From positions 1 to 63,847 of the forward strand of contig QENH01000199.1 in NCBI GenBank assembly GCA_003336485.1: 63,847 nucleotides of DNA, given 5' to 3'. The position numbers and the translations under genes are program-made. This document shows, piece by piece, positions 30,465 through 40,812 of this stretch (positions within the stretch are counted from its first letter, which is position 1; each line of letters starts with the position of its first letter). Below the pieces are notes generated by a model. That model was not told the DNA's origin. It was given only the letters and a program-made list of their open reading frames with translations, and did no database searches. The stretch comes from Candidatus Methanophagales archaeon (GTDB lineage Archaea > Halobacteriota > Syntropharchaeia > Alkanophagales > Methanospirareceae).

Positions 30465-31436
30465 TTATATGGCGTTTTTGCTTTTCTTCTTCTTCACGTC
30501 CAGCTTTTCAACGCCTTTTTTCCTTTTGAATTTCTTACTCTCCTTCTTCTCCAGATACAGCTTTAATAGCCCTGCGTTCAGCAGCCATGTATTCGCCAGA
30601 TCCATAACGAGCCCAAACAGAAGCACAAGCGATATGTCCACCAATATGGGTATAGGCGCGAAATGAGAGGAGAACAAATGAATAGAAGAAGAAACGATGA
30701 ACATGGCGAATACTGCAGATAGGGTAGTGAAAGTCATAGTTATACCAGTTTTCATAGCATTTCTTATCTTCAGATCTAAATCGCCCTTTTTATGGAGTAG
30801 ATTGGCCGTCAATAGTATGTTAGAGTCCACGGAATAGCCAATGAGCATTAGCAATGCGGCTACCGTGCCGAGCGATAACTCCATCCCTATCATATTCATA
30901 CAGGCAATCGCGACAACGATGTCTGAGAAAGCGGCGAAGATTACTACCAATGGTGGGATGACCATTCGAAACGCGATGAAGACAACAATCGCCATGAATA
31001 TGAATGCGATTATAATGGCCTTTAATGCCTGCGTTTGGTATTGCAACCCGAATTGCGCGCTAATACTCTCTAATTCGTACGTGCCCACTCCGAACTCGTT
31101 ATTGAGCTTTCCTATCAGCCGGTCATACTCTAGCGAATCGCTTGTCAGATCGAATTCTATCCGCTTCTCATTCCCTACGCCTGTTTCACCTATGAGGATG
31201 ACGGGATAGTCGTCAAACTTAGCAGCTAACGCTTCTTTTGTCTCGTCTGTGCTTATCTTCACCCACGTACCGCCTGTGAAATCCATGCCTAAGTGTACCG
31301 GTGAACCAACGCTCATCTGCGTGTACGCGATCGCGACGAAAGCGAGCAGCAAAATGATAAGTGGTATTGCGATCAGTTTCTTCACCGAATATTTCGTTAT
31401 ATCTATTCTGTCCAAGAAGCTTTCTTTATCACTCAT
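30465..31436 (-). CDS. secF: protein-export membrane protein SecF
   Basis: GMDFTGGTWVKIS..., six-TM SecDF core, Lys-rich C-tail. No secD gene is adjacent. Confidence 0.8.
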   Translation of the reverse strand: MSDKESFLDRIDITKYSVKKLIAIPLIILLLAFVAIAYTQMSVGSPVHLGMDFTGGTWVKISTDETKEALAAKFDDYPVILIGETGVGNEKRIEFDLTSDSLEYDRLIGKLNNEFGVGTYELESISAQFGLQYQTQALKAIIIAFIFMAIVVFIAFRMVIPPLVVIFAAFSDIVVAIACMNMIGMELSLGTVAALLMLIGYSVDSNILLTANLLHKKGDLDLKIRNAMKTGITMTFTTLSAVFAMFIVSSSIHLFSSHFAPIPILVDISLVLLFGLVMDLANTWLLNAGLLKLYLEKKESKKFKRKKGVEKLDVKKKKSKNAI

Positions 31437-31569
31437 GTTTCTCTTTTATTTGCATATCCATATTGGATAGATATGTATAAAGATTTATTTATGCTATTGT
31501 AACATTAAAGCATAGGTGTTATGTACTCATATTGATTATCATTTTGACCAAAAACGTTGGTGGCGGCTA

Positions 31570-33888
31570 ATGAAGAAGTTTGAGATACAAGATGCGGAAG
31601 ATGTGGAATTGAAGCGAATAAGTGAACTTATGGGCCTTTCGCTGAATATAGAAGAGATGCGAGCGATAAAGCGATATTTCCAGTTGAAGCGCAGGGCGCC
31701 AACGGAAGTAGAGCTGCAGAGCATTGCACAGGCATGGTCAGAACATTGCTGTTACAAGAGCTCGAAGAAGATATTGCAAAAATATATATTTGGCATTGAT
31801 GCGCCGCAGAGCATATTAGCGATAAAAGAAGATGCCGGTGTGGTGGAATTTGATGCGGAGCACGCATTTGTCTTGGCGTTCGAGAGTCATAACCACCCTT
31901 CGGCGATAGAGCCTTACGGCGGTGCGGCAACAGGTATAGGCGGTATCGTCAGGGATGTGGTCTGCATGGGAGCACAGCCCATTGCATTGATTGACCCTTT
32001 ATTCTTCGGGCCTCCGGATTATAGCTATGATAAGCTGCCCGCGGAGGTGAAGCATCCAAAGTTCCTGTTTGATGGTGTTGTTGCGGGAATAAGCGCCTAC
32101 GGGAATCGGATAGGCATTCCAACGTGTGCGGGCATGGTATATTTCGATGACGGCTACGTGGGCAATTGCGTAGTGAATGTGGGCTGCGTAGGGATAATGA
32201 AGAAGTCCGATCTGAGCAGGAGCATAGCGCGAGAAGGCGAGATGCTTGTTCTGGTCGGAGGTAAAACCGGGAGGGATGGCATACATGGCGTTACCTTTGC
32301 TTCCGTAGAGTTAACAGGAGAGGAGGAATTCAGAAGTGCCGTTCAAGTTGGCGATCCGATAACAAAGGAGCCGCTAATGCATGCGATATTAGAATCGAAT
32401 GAGAAGAAGTTGATAAGCGGGATGAAGGATCTCGGTGGTGGCGGATTATCATGCGCAGTGAGCGAGATGTGCCATGCGGGTGGGTGTGGAGCCGAGATAC
32501 ATTTAGATCGGGTGAAGTTGAAGGAAGAAGGGCTAAGCGCATGGGAGATCTGGGTTTCGGAATCGCAAGAACGGTTTTTAATCGGAACACCGGAAGCGAA
32601 TGTGGACGAGTTGCTAGCGATATTTAATAAATGGGATGTGGATGCGGTGATTCTAGGACAAACATTTACAAACCGCTCTTCTGATGTGAATGCGTCACCA
32701 AAGAAACTGAAGATTAATTACTATGGTGAGAATATATTCGAGCTGGAAACAGATTTCCTTGTCTCTTGCCCTCTTTATGAACGTCCGATGGAGCTAAAGG
32801 CACGTGATGAGTCGGAACCGTTAATGGGTGCGCCTGATGACTATAATGTCACGTTAAAACAGTTGCTTGCAGCACCTAATATCGCATCGCGCGAAGCTGT
32901 TATAAGGCAATATGACCATGAAGTGCGAGCGTCTACGGTGATAAAGCCGATGCAGGGGATAATAGGGAAAGAGACGCATGGCGATGCAGCGGTGATAAAG
33001 CCACTGGAAGACTCGTATAGGGGAATCGCTATTACTTCTGACGTAAACCCTTCATATTGTAAGATTAATCCGTTCTGGGGTGCTGCGAGTGCAATAGACG
33101 AAATCTGTAGGAATTTGACTGCGGTTGGTGCAGTGCCACAGTCATTTGCAGATTGCTTGAATTTCGGTAATCCTGAGAAGCCGGACCGGATGGGTGACTT
33201 CTATGAATGCTGTCGCGGTTTAGGACATATGGCTTCTTCGCTTGGCGTACCGTTTGTGAGTGGTAATGTGAGCTTATATAATGAGTCCGCAGCAATGAAT
33301 GAATCTATCCCGCCAACACCCGCTATTCTGGGCATTGGTGTATGTGAAGATATAAGAGATTGTGTTACTGTGGACCTGAAGGAAGCGGGGAATTTACTGT
33401 ATCTTATTGGCGACACAAAGAAGGAATTGGGTGGCAGTGAGTATTATAAGTTGCGTGGTGTGGGAGGCGGATTAGTGCCGAGGACCGACCCAAAAGTGCT
33501 GAATCGGTCTATGGCTGCGTTACAAGACACGATGAAGGCGGGGTTAGTAGCGAGTTGTCATGACCTTTCGGAAGGTGGGCTCGCAGTTGCAGTATGCGAG
33601 ATGAGTATGGGCGGAGATAGCGGCGTTTACATTGATATTGGTGCGGTGAATCCTGAACTGAGGAGCGATTACAAGTTGTTCTCAGAATCTAACACAAGGT
33701 GGGTGGTGGAGGTGCAGAAAGCGGAAGCAGGAAGGTTTGAAGCGTTGATGGCTACACATGACGTTTGTATAATTGAAATAGGGACTGTGATAAAGGATAA
33801 GCGGGTCGGCATAAGTGACAATGGCACAGAATTGGTGGATATTTCTATAGATGCTGTGAGAGCGGCATGGAGTAATCAACTTACATGA
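31570..33888 (+). CDS. purL: phosphoribosylformylglycinamidine synthase subunit PurL
   Basis: WSEHCCYKSS, ESHNHPSAIEPYGGAATGIGG, VSESQER. Start is taken at MKKFEIQ (31570) rather than the upstream alternative start of the track ORF. Confidence 0.92.
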   Translation: MKKFEIQDAEDVELKRISELMGLSLNIEEMRAIKRYFQLKRRAPTEVELQSIAQAWSEHCCYKSSKKILQKYIFGIDAPQSILAIKEDAGVVEFDAEHAFVLAFESHNHPSAIEPYGGAATGIGGIVRDVVCMGAQPIALIDPLFFGPPDYSYDKLPAEVKHPKFLFDGVVAGISAYGNRIGIPTCAGMVYFDDGYVGNCVVNVGCVGIMKKSDLSRSIAREGEMLVLVGGKTGRDGIHGVTFASVELTGEEEFRSAVQVGDPITKEPLMHAILESNEKKLISGMKDLGGGGLSCAVSEMCHAGGCGAEIHLDRVKLKEEGLSAWEIWVSESQERFLIGTPEANVDELLAIFNKWDVDAVILGQTFTNRSSDVNASPKKLKINYYGENIFELETDFLVSCPLYERPMELKARDESEPLMGAPDDYNVTLKQLLAAPNIASREAVIRQYDHEVRASTVIKPMQGIIGKETHGDAAVIKPLEDSYRGIAITSDVNPSYCKINPFWGAASAIDEICRNLTAVGAVPQSFADCLNFGNPEKPDRMGDFYECCRGLGHMASSLGVPFVSGNVSLYNESAAMNESIPPTPAILGIGVCEDIRDCVTVDLKEAGNLLYLIGDTKKELGGSEYYKLRGVGGGLVPRTDPKVLNRSMAALQDTMKAGLVASCHDLSEGGLAVAVCEMSMGGDSGVYIDIGAVNPELRSDYKLFSESNTRWVVEVQKAEAGRFEALMATHDVCIIEIGTVIKDKRVGISDNGTELVDISIDAVRAAWSNQLT

Positions 33889-35602
33889 CGTAGCGGTAAT
33901 TTTCAAAAGGCTTCATCAACGGATAACTGTCCCTAGCGAAACTTATGTGGTGTGGTTGATTGCCAATACCATCGCCATCAGTATCCCGCTCTATTTCAAC
34001 GTCCCTGATGTAATCACCCCAATAGTTGCCCATGTAGTTTGTATATGTCGTTTTGTTATAGACGTAGGTTATATTAGAAATAGAATTCCAGATGGTGGCG
34101 GAGCTAAGAGTGCAAACCGTATCAAAATTGTTTACGAAGTTGTTGAGACAGACAATGTTGTTGTGCGAATTCACGACTAAAATGCCATTACTTTCGCAGT
34201 TCGATACGTTGTTCATGGTCAAGAAATTGTTGTTCGAGGAAGTCAAGACTACACCGTCAGGGTTGTTCAAGTTTGTATTTAGAGCTAAGAGGTTGAAGTT
34301 GGATGCGGCCAGACTGATGCCCCTTTTGTTATTGATATTTGAGTTGTTGATAATGATATTATTGCACGAAGCGGCCAGGGCAATGCCATTGTAGTTGTTC
34401 GATGTGCTGACATTTTCTATTCTCGAAAGCGTCGAATAGGCAAGCAAAACACCGACGCTATTTTTCGTTAGTGTTAAGTCTCTCACGGTTATATTTAATG
34501 AGTTTACGATAGCTACAAAGCCCGCATCGTTCGGTATCACGCGATTTTGCTGATCTACCCAATAATAAACGTGTTTCTCATCTACAAGGTTAGTAGCATC
34601 TATGCTTTGAATGAGGTCATAAACGTTATCACCAATAACACAGAAGTTGTAATAATTCCCATCCATCCTGTTGTTTTTTAAGGTGCTGTTGCCCGAAGCC
34701 TCGAGAGAGATACCGACCTCGTTATTTGCACTGGCTGTGTTGTTTATCAGGGTATTTTCGTTTGAATGACTTAAGCTGATACCGATCTTGTTGTTCAAGT
34801 TTGCAATGTTATTGATCAAGATATTGTTATTAGAATAATCCAAGGAATAGCCATCGCGATTATTCGAACGAGCTTTGTTTTGCGCTAATAGGTTATCGTG
34901 CGCGTAATCTAAACGGATGCCATATTGGTCGTTCAATGCAATATCATTGTTGTATACAGTATTACCCTGCGAGTGCCACAAACGAATGCCATTGCGGTAA
35001 TTCGATTTTAGTACGTCATTATTGGCTATTGTATTAGAATCAGAATAATTCAAGTAGATGCCCTCGCCATAATTATCTGATGCTGTGTTGTTTCTAATCG
35101 TGTTTTTTGTCGAATCGGACAAGAAGAAGCCATAAGCGTTGCCCACAGCCCGGTTATCTGTAATAGTACAGTGATCTGCGTGAATATGCATTCCTGCGTA
35201 GGTATACCGTCCTGCTTCATTCTTCCCTATTGCGTTTTTCACCGTGAATCCCTTTAGGCTCACATAGCCGGCAGTCACCTCAAATACATGTGCGTTCTCT
35301 TTCTCTGCTACAACAGTTGTATGTGCCGACCCGTTATCTGATCTAATCGTCAAACGCTTGTTTACTTTCACGTTTTCGTTATACGTTCCGGCACCAACGA
35401 TGATCGTGTCACCTGCGCTAGCATTGTCCACAGCCCATTGAATCCTTGCAAAATCGCCCGGCACGTGTATTATCGAGTGCGACGACGCGGTATCCGGATT
35501 TAATGTGTCATTACCTGATGTCGCATCAACTGCAACACCACTTGCGATTAGCGCCACACAAATGGAAACCGCCAATAAATTACTGCACATTTTATTTTTC
35601 AT
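33881..35602 (-). CDS. secreted right-handed parallel beta-helix (PbH1/NosD-like) repeat protein
   Basis: Signal peptide, then many N-rich ~22-aa repeats (NNTASDNYGEGIYL / NNDVLKSNYRNGIRL / NNIANLNNKIGISL...). Confidence 0.75.
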   Translation of the reverse strand: MKNKMCSNLLAVSICVALIASGVAVDATSGNDTLNPDTASSHSIIHVPGDFARIQWAVDNASAGDTIIVGAGTYNENVKVNKRLTIRSDNGSAHTTVVAEKENAHVFEVTAGYVSLKGFTVKNAIGKNEAGRYTYAGMHIHADHCTITDNRAVGNAYGFFLSDSTKNTIRNNTASDNYGEGIYLNYSDSNTIANNDVLKSNYRNGIRLWHSQGNTVYNNDIALNDQYGIRLDYAHDNLLAQNKARSNNRDGYSLDYSNNNILINNIANLNNKIGISLSHSNENTLINNTASANNEVGISLEASGNSTLKNNRMDGNYYNFCVIGDNVYDLIQSIDATNLVDEKHVYYWVDQQNRVIPNDAGFVAIVNSLNITVRDLTLTKNSVGVLLAYSTLSRIENVSTSNNYNGIALAASCNNIIINNSNINNKRGISLAASNFNLLALNTNLNNPDGVVLTSSNNNFLTMNNVSNCESNGILVVNSHNNIVCLNNFVNNFDTVCTLSSATIWNSISNITYVYNKTTYTNYMGNYWGDYIRDVEIERDTDGDGIGNQPHHISFARDSYPLMKPFENYRYVM

Positions 35603-35624
35603 TTGGTTTTGGTACGATCTCGCT

Positions 35625-36836
35625 TTATATTGTCACGCTATTCGGATTGCAGGGTGTCCCACCGTCTACAAGGCTCTCTTCCCATCCTCCGGTAAGATTT
35701 AGTTCAAGCGTTTTACCATTTCCCGATGCACCCCAGGAATTATGGTAGCTCACCTCGTCAATAATGACAGATGAAGCATCTTTCAGTGTTATGGTGTCCC
35801 CTGTGTTACTTAACCAGAATCCACTTTCAATCACTGTGCAATTACACGCTGGATGTTCATTTAAGAACGTAGTTGCATCTGCAGCGACAATTGCATACTC
35901 TCCGGTAGGGATAACCATACTGTCCTGGCCAAGAGTAAATAGATGAGACGAGTCGGTAGAGTATTCAAAGAACTTCCAGCCGGTTATGTTTATGTCTTCC
36001 GGGCCACCATTAAATAGCTCAATCCACTCGCGATTTCGATCTAAGCCGGGTAGATTGTACATTATCTCATTGATTTTTACATGATATGGTGTCAATGTTG
36101 CGTGTACGTGAGAAGTCTCGCCCGCCGATACCCTTACCTTTGTTGTCCAACATTCAAAGCCATCAAGAGCGAGCGTAATTGTACTACTGCCGGGTGAAAT
36201 CTCAGTGAAGGTGTATGGTGTTGTTACCGACGGGCCATCAAACGAACCATCAGGGGTATCTAACCCTATCGTTGCACCAAACGGCGAAGAGTTTACGGAT
36301 ATAGCCCCTTTTGTTGGTGGTGGAGTAGGAATAGGGGTTATTATTGCATGTACGGGCGTGATCTCGCCTGCCGATACATGTACGGTTGTTGACCAGCTCT
36401 CATAACCCTCAAGAGCGAGCTCAAGGGTATGTGTGCCGGTGGCTAAATTAGCAAACGTGTAAGGTGTTGTTACCGACTGGTCAACAAGACCGTCTAAAAC
36501 TAGCGGGACACCTGATGGTGTAGACGAGACCGATATAGACCCTGTTGTGGGAGTCGTAGTCATTATTGCATGTACGTGCGAGGTCTCGCCAGCCAATACG
36601 GGCACATCCGCTGACCAAATCTCATAACCATCAAGAGTGAGGACAAGTGCATGAGTGCCAATGAGTATTTTAGCAAATGTGTAAGGCGTTGTTACCGACG
36701 GCCCAACAAAGCCATCTAAATGTATCGTTGCACCCGATGGCGAAGAAGAGACCGATATAGACCCCTGTATGGGGATCCATGTTGTAGTGGGTAGAGCACT
36801 GAGTGATGCAACAGCGGCGAACAGCAAAATCAGCAC
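35625..36836 (-). CDS. secreted protein with three to four PEGA domains and a C-terminal lamin-tail (LTD) domain
   Basis: Repeats GSISVSSxPSGAxIxLDG...SVTTPYTF...GTHxLxLxLxGYExW, then INEIMYNLPGLDRNREWIELFN...ITGWKF. The N-terminus is uncertain: a better start (ATG at 36933) is out of frame across a T9 run. Confidence 0.75.
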   Translation of the reverse strand: MLILLFAAVASLSALPTTTWIPIQGSISVSSSPSGATIHLDGFVGPSVTTPYTFAKILIGTHALVLTLDGYEIWSADVPVLAGETSHVHAIMTTTPTTGSISVSSTPSGVPLVLDGLVDQSVTTPYTFANLATGTHTLELALEGYESWSTTVHVSAGEITPVHAIITPIPTPPPTKGAISVNSSPFGATIGLDTPDGSFDGPSVTTPYTFTEISPGSSTITLALDGFECWTTKVRVSAGETSHVHATLTPYHVKINEIMYNLPGLDRNREWIELFNGGPEDINITGWKFFEYSTDSSHLFTLGQDSMVIPTGEYAIVAADATTFLNEHPACNCTVIESGFWLSNTGDTITLKDASSVIIDEVSYHNSWGASGNGKTLELNLTGGWEESLVDGGTPCNPNSVTI

Positions 36837-37728
36837 GGCAACCGCAGAAGAACCTCTTATTAGTGACGAGATCGCCGCTGACGAAACGTTCCTTTCACTT
36901 GCTTTTTTTTTCGTACCGTTTCTTCTCTTTCATCCATTATCACCCCCTCTTACTACATCTATTATGTTGATCGGGTATAAAATCACGTCGACACATGTGA
37001 TTAGGTCCAATAATTAGATCAACGGCGTTTAATGCACAAAATAGTTCTTCAATAATATCCACAGTAAAGGATTGATCATGCATTGCATATTATAGTAAAA
37101 TAAATCGATATAAAAAGGTTTTCGCGGTTAGCGTTTTTCACGCGGTTTTTATATACGGGAACGCACAAATATATCTTTGCTCTTGGAGGGGGAAGTAGCC
37201 TAACGGGAGAAGCACCTGGAAACAATTCATATACTTACTGCATCTCAGAAGATGAATGGAACGAGTTCGAGTCGATTCCTTGTAAAATAGGGGAGTATGT
37301 GGGGAACAGATTAGGGTTTGCCGATGGGCATATCTATTATAGTTCCAGTCCACCGCTTGCGGATTTGATAAGGGGCAATGCAGGGCTGCGAACTGCTGTA
37401 GGGGATGGTTTTGTTAGGCCGTTAGTGGATCTTACGCAGAGATTAGTAGAATGAGCGGAAATGGGGTTTAGAGGGTGACAAAAAGAATGGATAAGAAAAA
37501 AGTATGGTTACTCTTTCGTGTAGCCTTTAGGAAGCAAGTATCTCATTTTTAGACGGTGATTGAGTAACGTCCCATGAGACACGCACTTTATCACCGGCTA
37601 TATGGGTATGTAAAGCACAGGGCTTTGAAGAATTTCGTAGATTGGAATAATGCAAAGTTTTTAAAAGCGTGGATGCTCTTAAACTAAATGATACTTATAA
37701 AGGGTAAAAAGTGAAATATATAGGGTAA

Positions 37729-40700
37729 ATGACTTACACAAAAGAACAAGGAAAGCAAAAGATTAAAGAACTCGTTGAGCGATTCAGGTATAATCTTGAT
37801 GTTTACAAAAAGTCAGCGTATAACGAAACACAAGTAAGGCGAGAATTCATTGACCCTTTCTTTGAAGCCTTGGGCTGGGACGTGAGCAATAAACAAGGCT
37901 ATGCAGAGCAATACAAAGATGTAGTTCACGAGGATGCAATAAAAGTAGGGCATTCAACAAGAGCACCTGATTACAGTTTCAGGATTGGGGGACAGCGGAA
38001 GTTCTTTGTCGAAGCGAAGAAACCGGCAGTGGACATAAAAGAGGACGTCGCCCCATCATATCAACTGAGACGGTATGCTTGGAGCGCGAAACTGCAGTTA
38101 TCTATTGTAACGGATTTCGAGGAGTTCTCGGTATTCAACTGTCAGATGAAGCCAAATCCAACGGACAAGCCCGGCTTAGGTCGGTTTGCATACTATACGT
38201 TTGACGAGTATCTCGATAAGTTTGACGAGATCTACGACGTGTTCTCAAAGGAAGCGGTACTCAAGGGCAGTTTCGATCGGTACGCGCAATCTACAAAGGG
38301 CAAGAAGGGCACTGCGACAGTAGATAGCGAATTCTTAAAGGAGATAGAGAGCTGGCGTGAGCAGCTGGCTAAGAATATCGCGCTAAGGGATCCTAATGTG
38401 AGTATATACGAGTTAAACTATTCGGTACAGAAGTTGTTGGATCGCATAATCTTCCTGCGGATTTGTGAAGATCGCGGCATTGAACCTTATGGGCAGTTGC
38501 GGACACAAGCTGAATCCAGTGACGTGTACATGCATTTGCTGAACCATTTTAGATTGGCGGAATCGAAATATGATAGCGGGATATTCGATTTCGATAGCGA
38601 CGGGATAACGCCTGCCTTGACAATAGACGACAAGGTCTTGAAGACGATCATTCAGGATCTGTATTATCCGAAGTCGCCGTATGAGTTTTCTGTGCTCGGG
38701 GTTGAGATCTTGGGCAATGTGTACGAGCAGTTTCTGGGTAAGGTTATCCGGCTGACGGCAGGGCATCAGGCGAAGGTGGAGACGAAGCCGGAAGTGAAAA
38801 AGGCGGGTGGGGTGTATTACACGCCTCAGTATATCGTTGAATATATCGTGGAGAATACGGTAGGTAAGTTGATTGCGGGAAAGACGCCGGAAGAGATTGC
38901 ACATATAAAGATTCTGGATCCGGCATGCGGTTCTGGTAGTTTCCTTATTGGTGCGTATACGTATCTGCTGCGGTATCATCGGGATTGGTACGTTAGTAAC
39001 AAACCGAAGAAGCATAAAGAGGCGGTGTTTCAAGTTAAAGCGGATGAATGGTACTTAACAACGGCTGAAAAGAAGCGGATTCTTTTGGATAATATCTTTG
39101 GCGTTGATATAGACTCACAGGCGGTAGAAGTGACGAAGATGAGTCTGCTACTGAAGGTGCTGGAGCACGAGAGCCGGGAGAGTATAGATCAGCAGATGAA
39201 ATTGGGACTGGAGGGTGTGCTGCCGAATCTGGGTGATAATATCAAGTGCGGGAATTCGCTTATCGGGCCGGAATATTATGATTTGGGGCAGCAGGGGTCT
39301 CTTTTTGACGAGGCGGAGATGAGGCGGGTTAATGTGTTTGATTGGAATGACGATGTGAAAGGGTTTGGGGAAATCTTAAAGAAAGGGGGGTTTGATTGCG
39401 TTGTGGGGAATCCGCCGTATGTGCGGATTCAGACCATGAAAGAGTGGGCTCCAACAGAGGTGAAATTTTACAAGAAGCACTTTGTAGCAGCTAGCAAAGG
39501 CAATTATGACATCTATGTCATCTTTGTAGAACGGGCACTTCAATTACTCAATGTTCGAGGGCTGATGGGTTACATATTGCCTCATAAGTTCTTCCAGGCC
39601 AAGTATGGCCAACCTTTACGCGAGTTGACTGCAAGGGGGGAGTACCTGGGCAAAATCGTTCACTTTGGCGACCAGCAGGTATTTGATGGAGCAAGTACTT
39701 ACACATGTCTACTTTTTTTGGACCGGGCGGGTAACAAGAGCTTCCGCTACGTCAAAGTTCGCGACTTAAACGCTTGGCGGATTAGCGGCGATGCAACCGA
39801 TGGCAAAATCCATGCGGATAAAGTAAAGGGGGGTGAATGGAACTTTGTTGTAGGTCCAGAAGCATCTCTGTTTGAACGAATGAGGGAGATACCAATAAAG
39901 TTGGGAGATGTAGCGATACGTATGTTTCAGGGTTCGATTACAAGCGCTGACACTGTTTATCTGTTCAAAGAATATCAAAACGAAAACGAAGATATTGTTG
40001 ACGTTTGGTCGAAAGAACTAAACGCATGGATCAAAATTGAACGGGCCGTTCTCAAAACAGTCGTTCGGAGCGGGAATATCAGCCGCTACTCAGCCAATCC
40101 TACTGCTCTTGTACTTTTTCCCTATGAAGTCCAAGAGAGCAATGCACGTCTTTATACACCGACGGAGATGCAAGAGCAATATCCTCTAGCTTGGGCGTAT
40201 CTTAAGCAAAATAAAAGGCTGCTTGAAGGGCGAGAGAAAGGAAAGTTCAAGGATCTGCAATGGTACCGCTTCGGGCGCACTCAAAATTTAGGCATGTGGG
40301 AACAGCCTAAGTTAATGATCCCATACATGATAACAAACCTTGCTGCTTACTACGATAAAAACGATAACTTTTACTTCATCAATGTCACAACGGGTGGATA
40401 CGGCATCACAATTGACGAAACGATGTTTAGTTATCTGTATTTGTGTGGATTATTAAATTCTCAATTGTTAAACTTTTACCTTAAGCAAGTGACTACCAAC
40501 TTCCGAGGTGGCTATTTTGCAGCAAATAAGCAGTTCATCGAACAACTGCCAATCCTCACTATCAACTTTGACGATCCTGCTACAAAAGCACAGCACGATA
40601 AACTTGTAGCTTTGGTTGAGAATATGCTTGAACTGCAGAAGAAATACCACGATACGAGAATGGAGCGCGATAAAGAGCTTTATGGACGGCAGATAAAGAT

Positions 40701-40785
40701 TGTTGATACGCAGATTGACAGACGGGTTTATGAGTTGTACGGGCTGACTGAGGAGGAGGTGAAGATTGTGGAAGAGAATCTTTAA
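37729..40785 (+). CDS. Type IIG restriction-modification enzyme (N-terminal PD-(D/E)xK nuclease + Eco57I-like N6-adenine methyltransferase + specificity domain)
   Basis: Nuclease-like APDYSFRIGGQRKFFVEAKKP. MTase motif I ILDPACGSGSFLIGAY and motif IV VVGNPPYVRIQ. C-terminal ...VYELYGLTEEEVKIVEE tail is typical of this family. 1018 aa, intact. Confidence 0.85.
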   Translation: MTYTKEQGKQKIKELVERFRYNLDVYKKSAYNETQVRREFIDPFFEALGWDVSNKQGYAEQYKDVVHEDAIKVGHSTRAPDYSFRIGGQRKFFVEAKKPAVDIKEDVAPSYQLRRYAWSAKLQLSIVTDFEEFSVFNCQMKPNPTDKPGLGRFAYYTFDEYLDKFDEIYDVFSKEAVLKGSFDRYAQSTKGKKGTATVDSEFLKEIESWREQLAKNIALRDPNVSIYELNYSVQKLLDRIIFLRICEDRGIEPYGQLRTQAESSDVYMHLLNHFRLAESKYDSGIFDFDSDGITPALTIDDKVLKTIIQDLYYPKSPYEFSVLGVEILGNVYEQFLGKVIRLTAGHQAKVETKPEVKKAGGVYYTPQYIVEYIVENTVGKLIAGKTPEEIAHIKILDPACGSGSFLIGAYTYLLRYHRDWYVSNKPKKHKEAVFQVKADEWYLTTAEKKRILLDNIFGVDIDSQAVEVTKMSLLLKVLEHESRESIDQQMKLGLEGVLPNLGDNIKCGNSLIGPEYYDLGQQGSLFDEAEMRRVNVFDWNDDVKGFGEILKKGGFDCVVGNPPYVRIQTMKEWAPTEVKFYKKHFVAASKGNYDIYVIFVERALQLLNVRGLMGYILPHKFFQAKYGQPLRELTARGEYLGKIVHFGDQQVFDGASTYTCLLFLDRAGNKSFRYVKVRDLNAWRISGDATDGKIHADKVKGGEWNFVVGPEASLFERMREIPIKLGDVAIRMFQGSITSADTVYLFKEYQNENEDIVDVWSKELNAWIKIERAVLKTVVRSGNISRYSANPTALVLFPYEVQESNARLYTPTEMQEQYPLAWAYLKQNKRLLEGREKGKFKDLQWYRFGRTQNLGMWEQPKLMIPYMITNLAAYYDKNDNFYFINVTTGGYGITIDETMFSYLYLCGLLNSQLLNFYLKQVTTNFRGGYFAANKQFIEQLPILTINFDDPATKAQHDKLVALVENMLELQKKYHDTRMERDKELYGRQIKIVDTQIDRRVYELYGLTEEEVKIVEENL

Positions 40786-40812
40786 ATATAGATACAACAA
40801 TCTAACTAAAAG

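Noticed and set aside
38413-39033. 206-aa minus-strand ORF inside the RM gene
   Set aside because: It is antisense to the methyltransferase motif I region of an intact 1018-aa gene.
37729-40785. Possibility that the large methyltransferase is a BREX PglX
   Set aside because: No pglZ, brxC, brxL or brxA genes are nearby. The protein also has its own N-terminal PD-(D/E)xK nuclease-like domain, which fits a self-contained Type IIG enzyme better.
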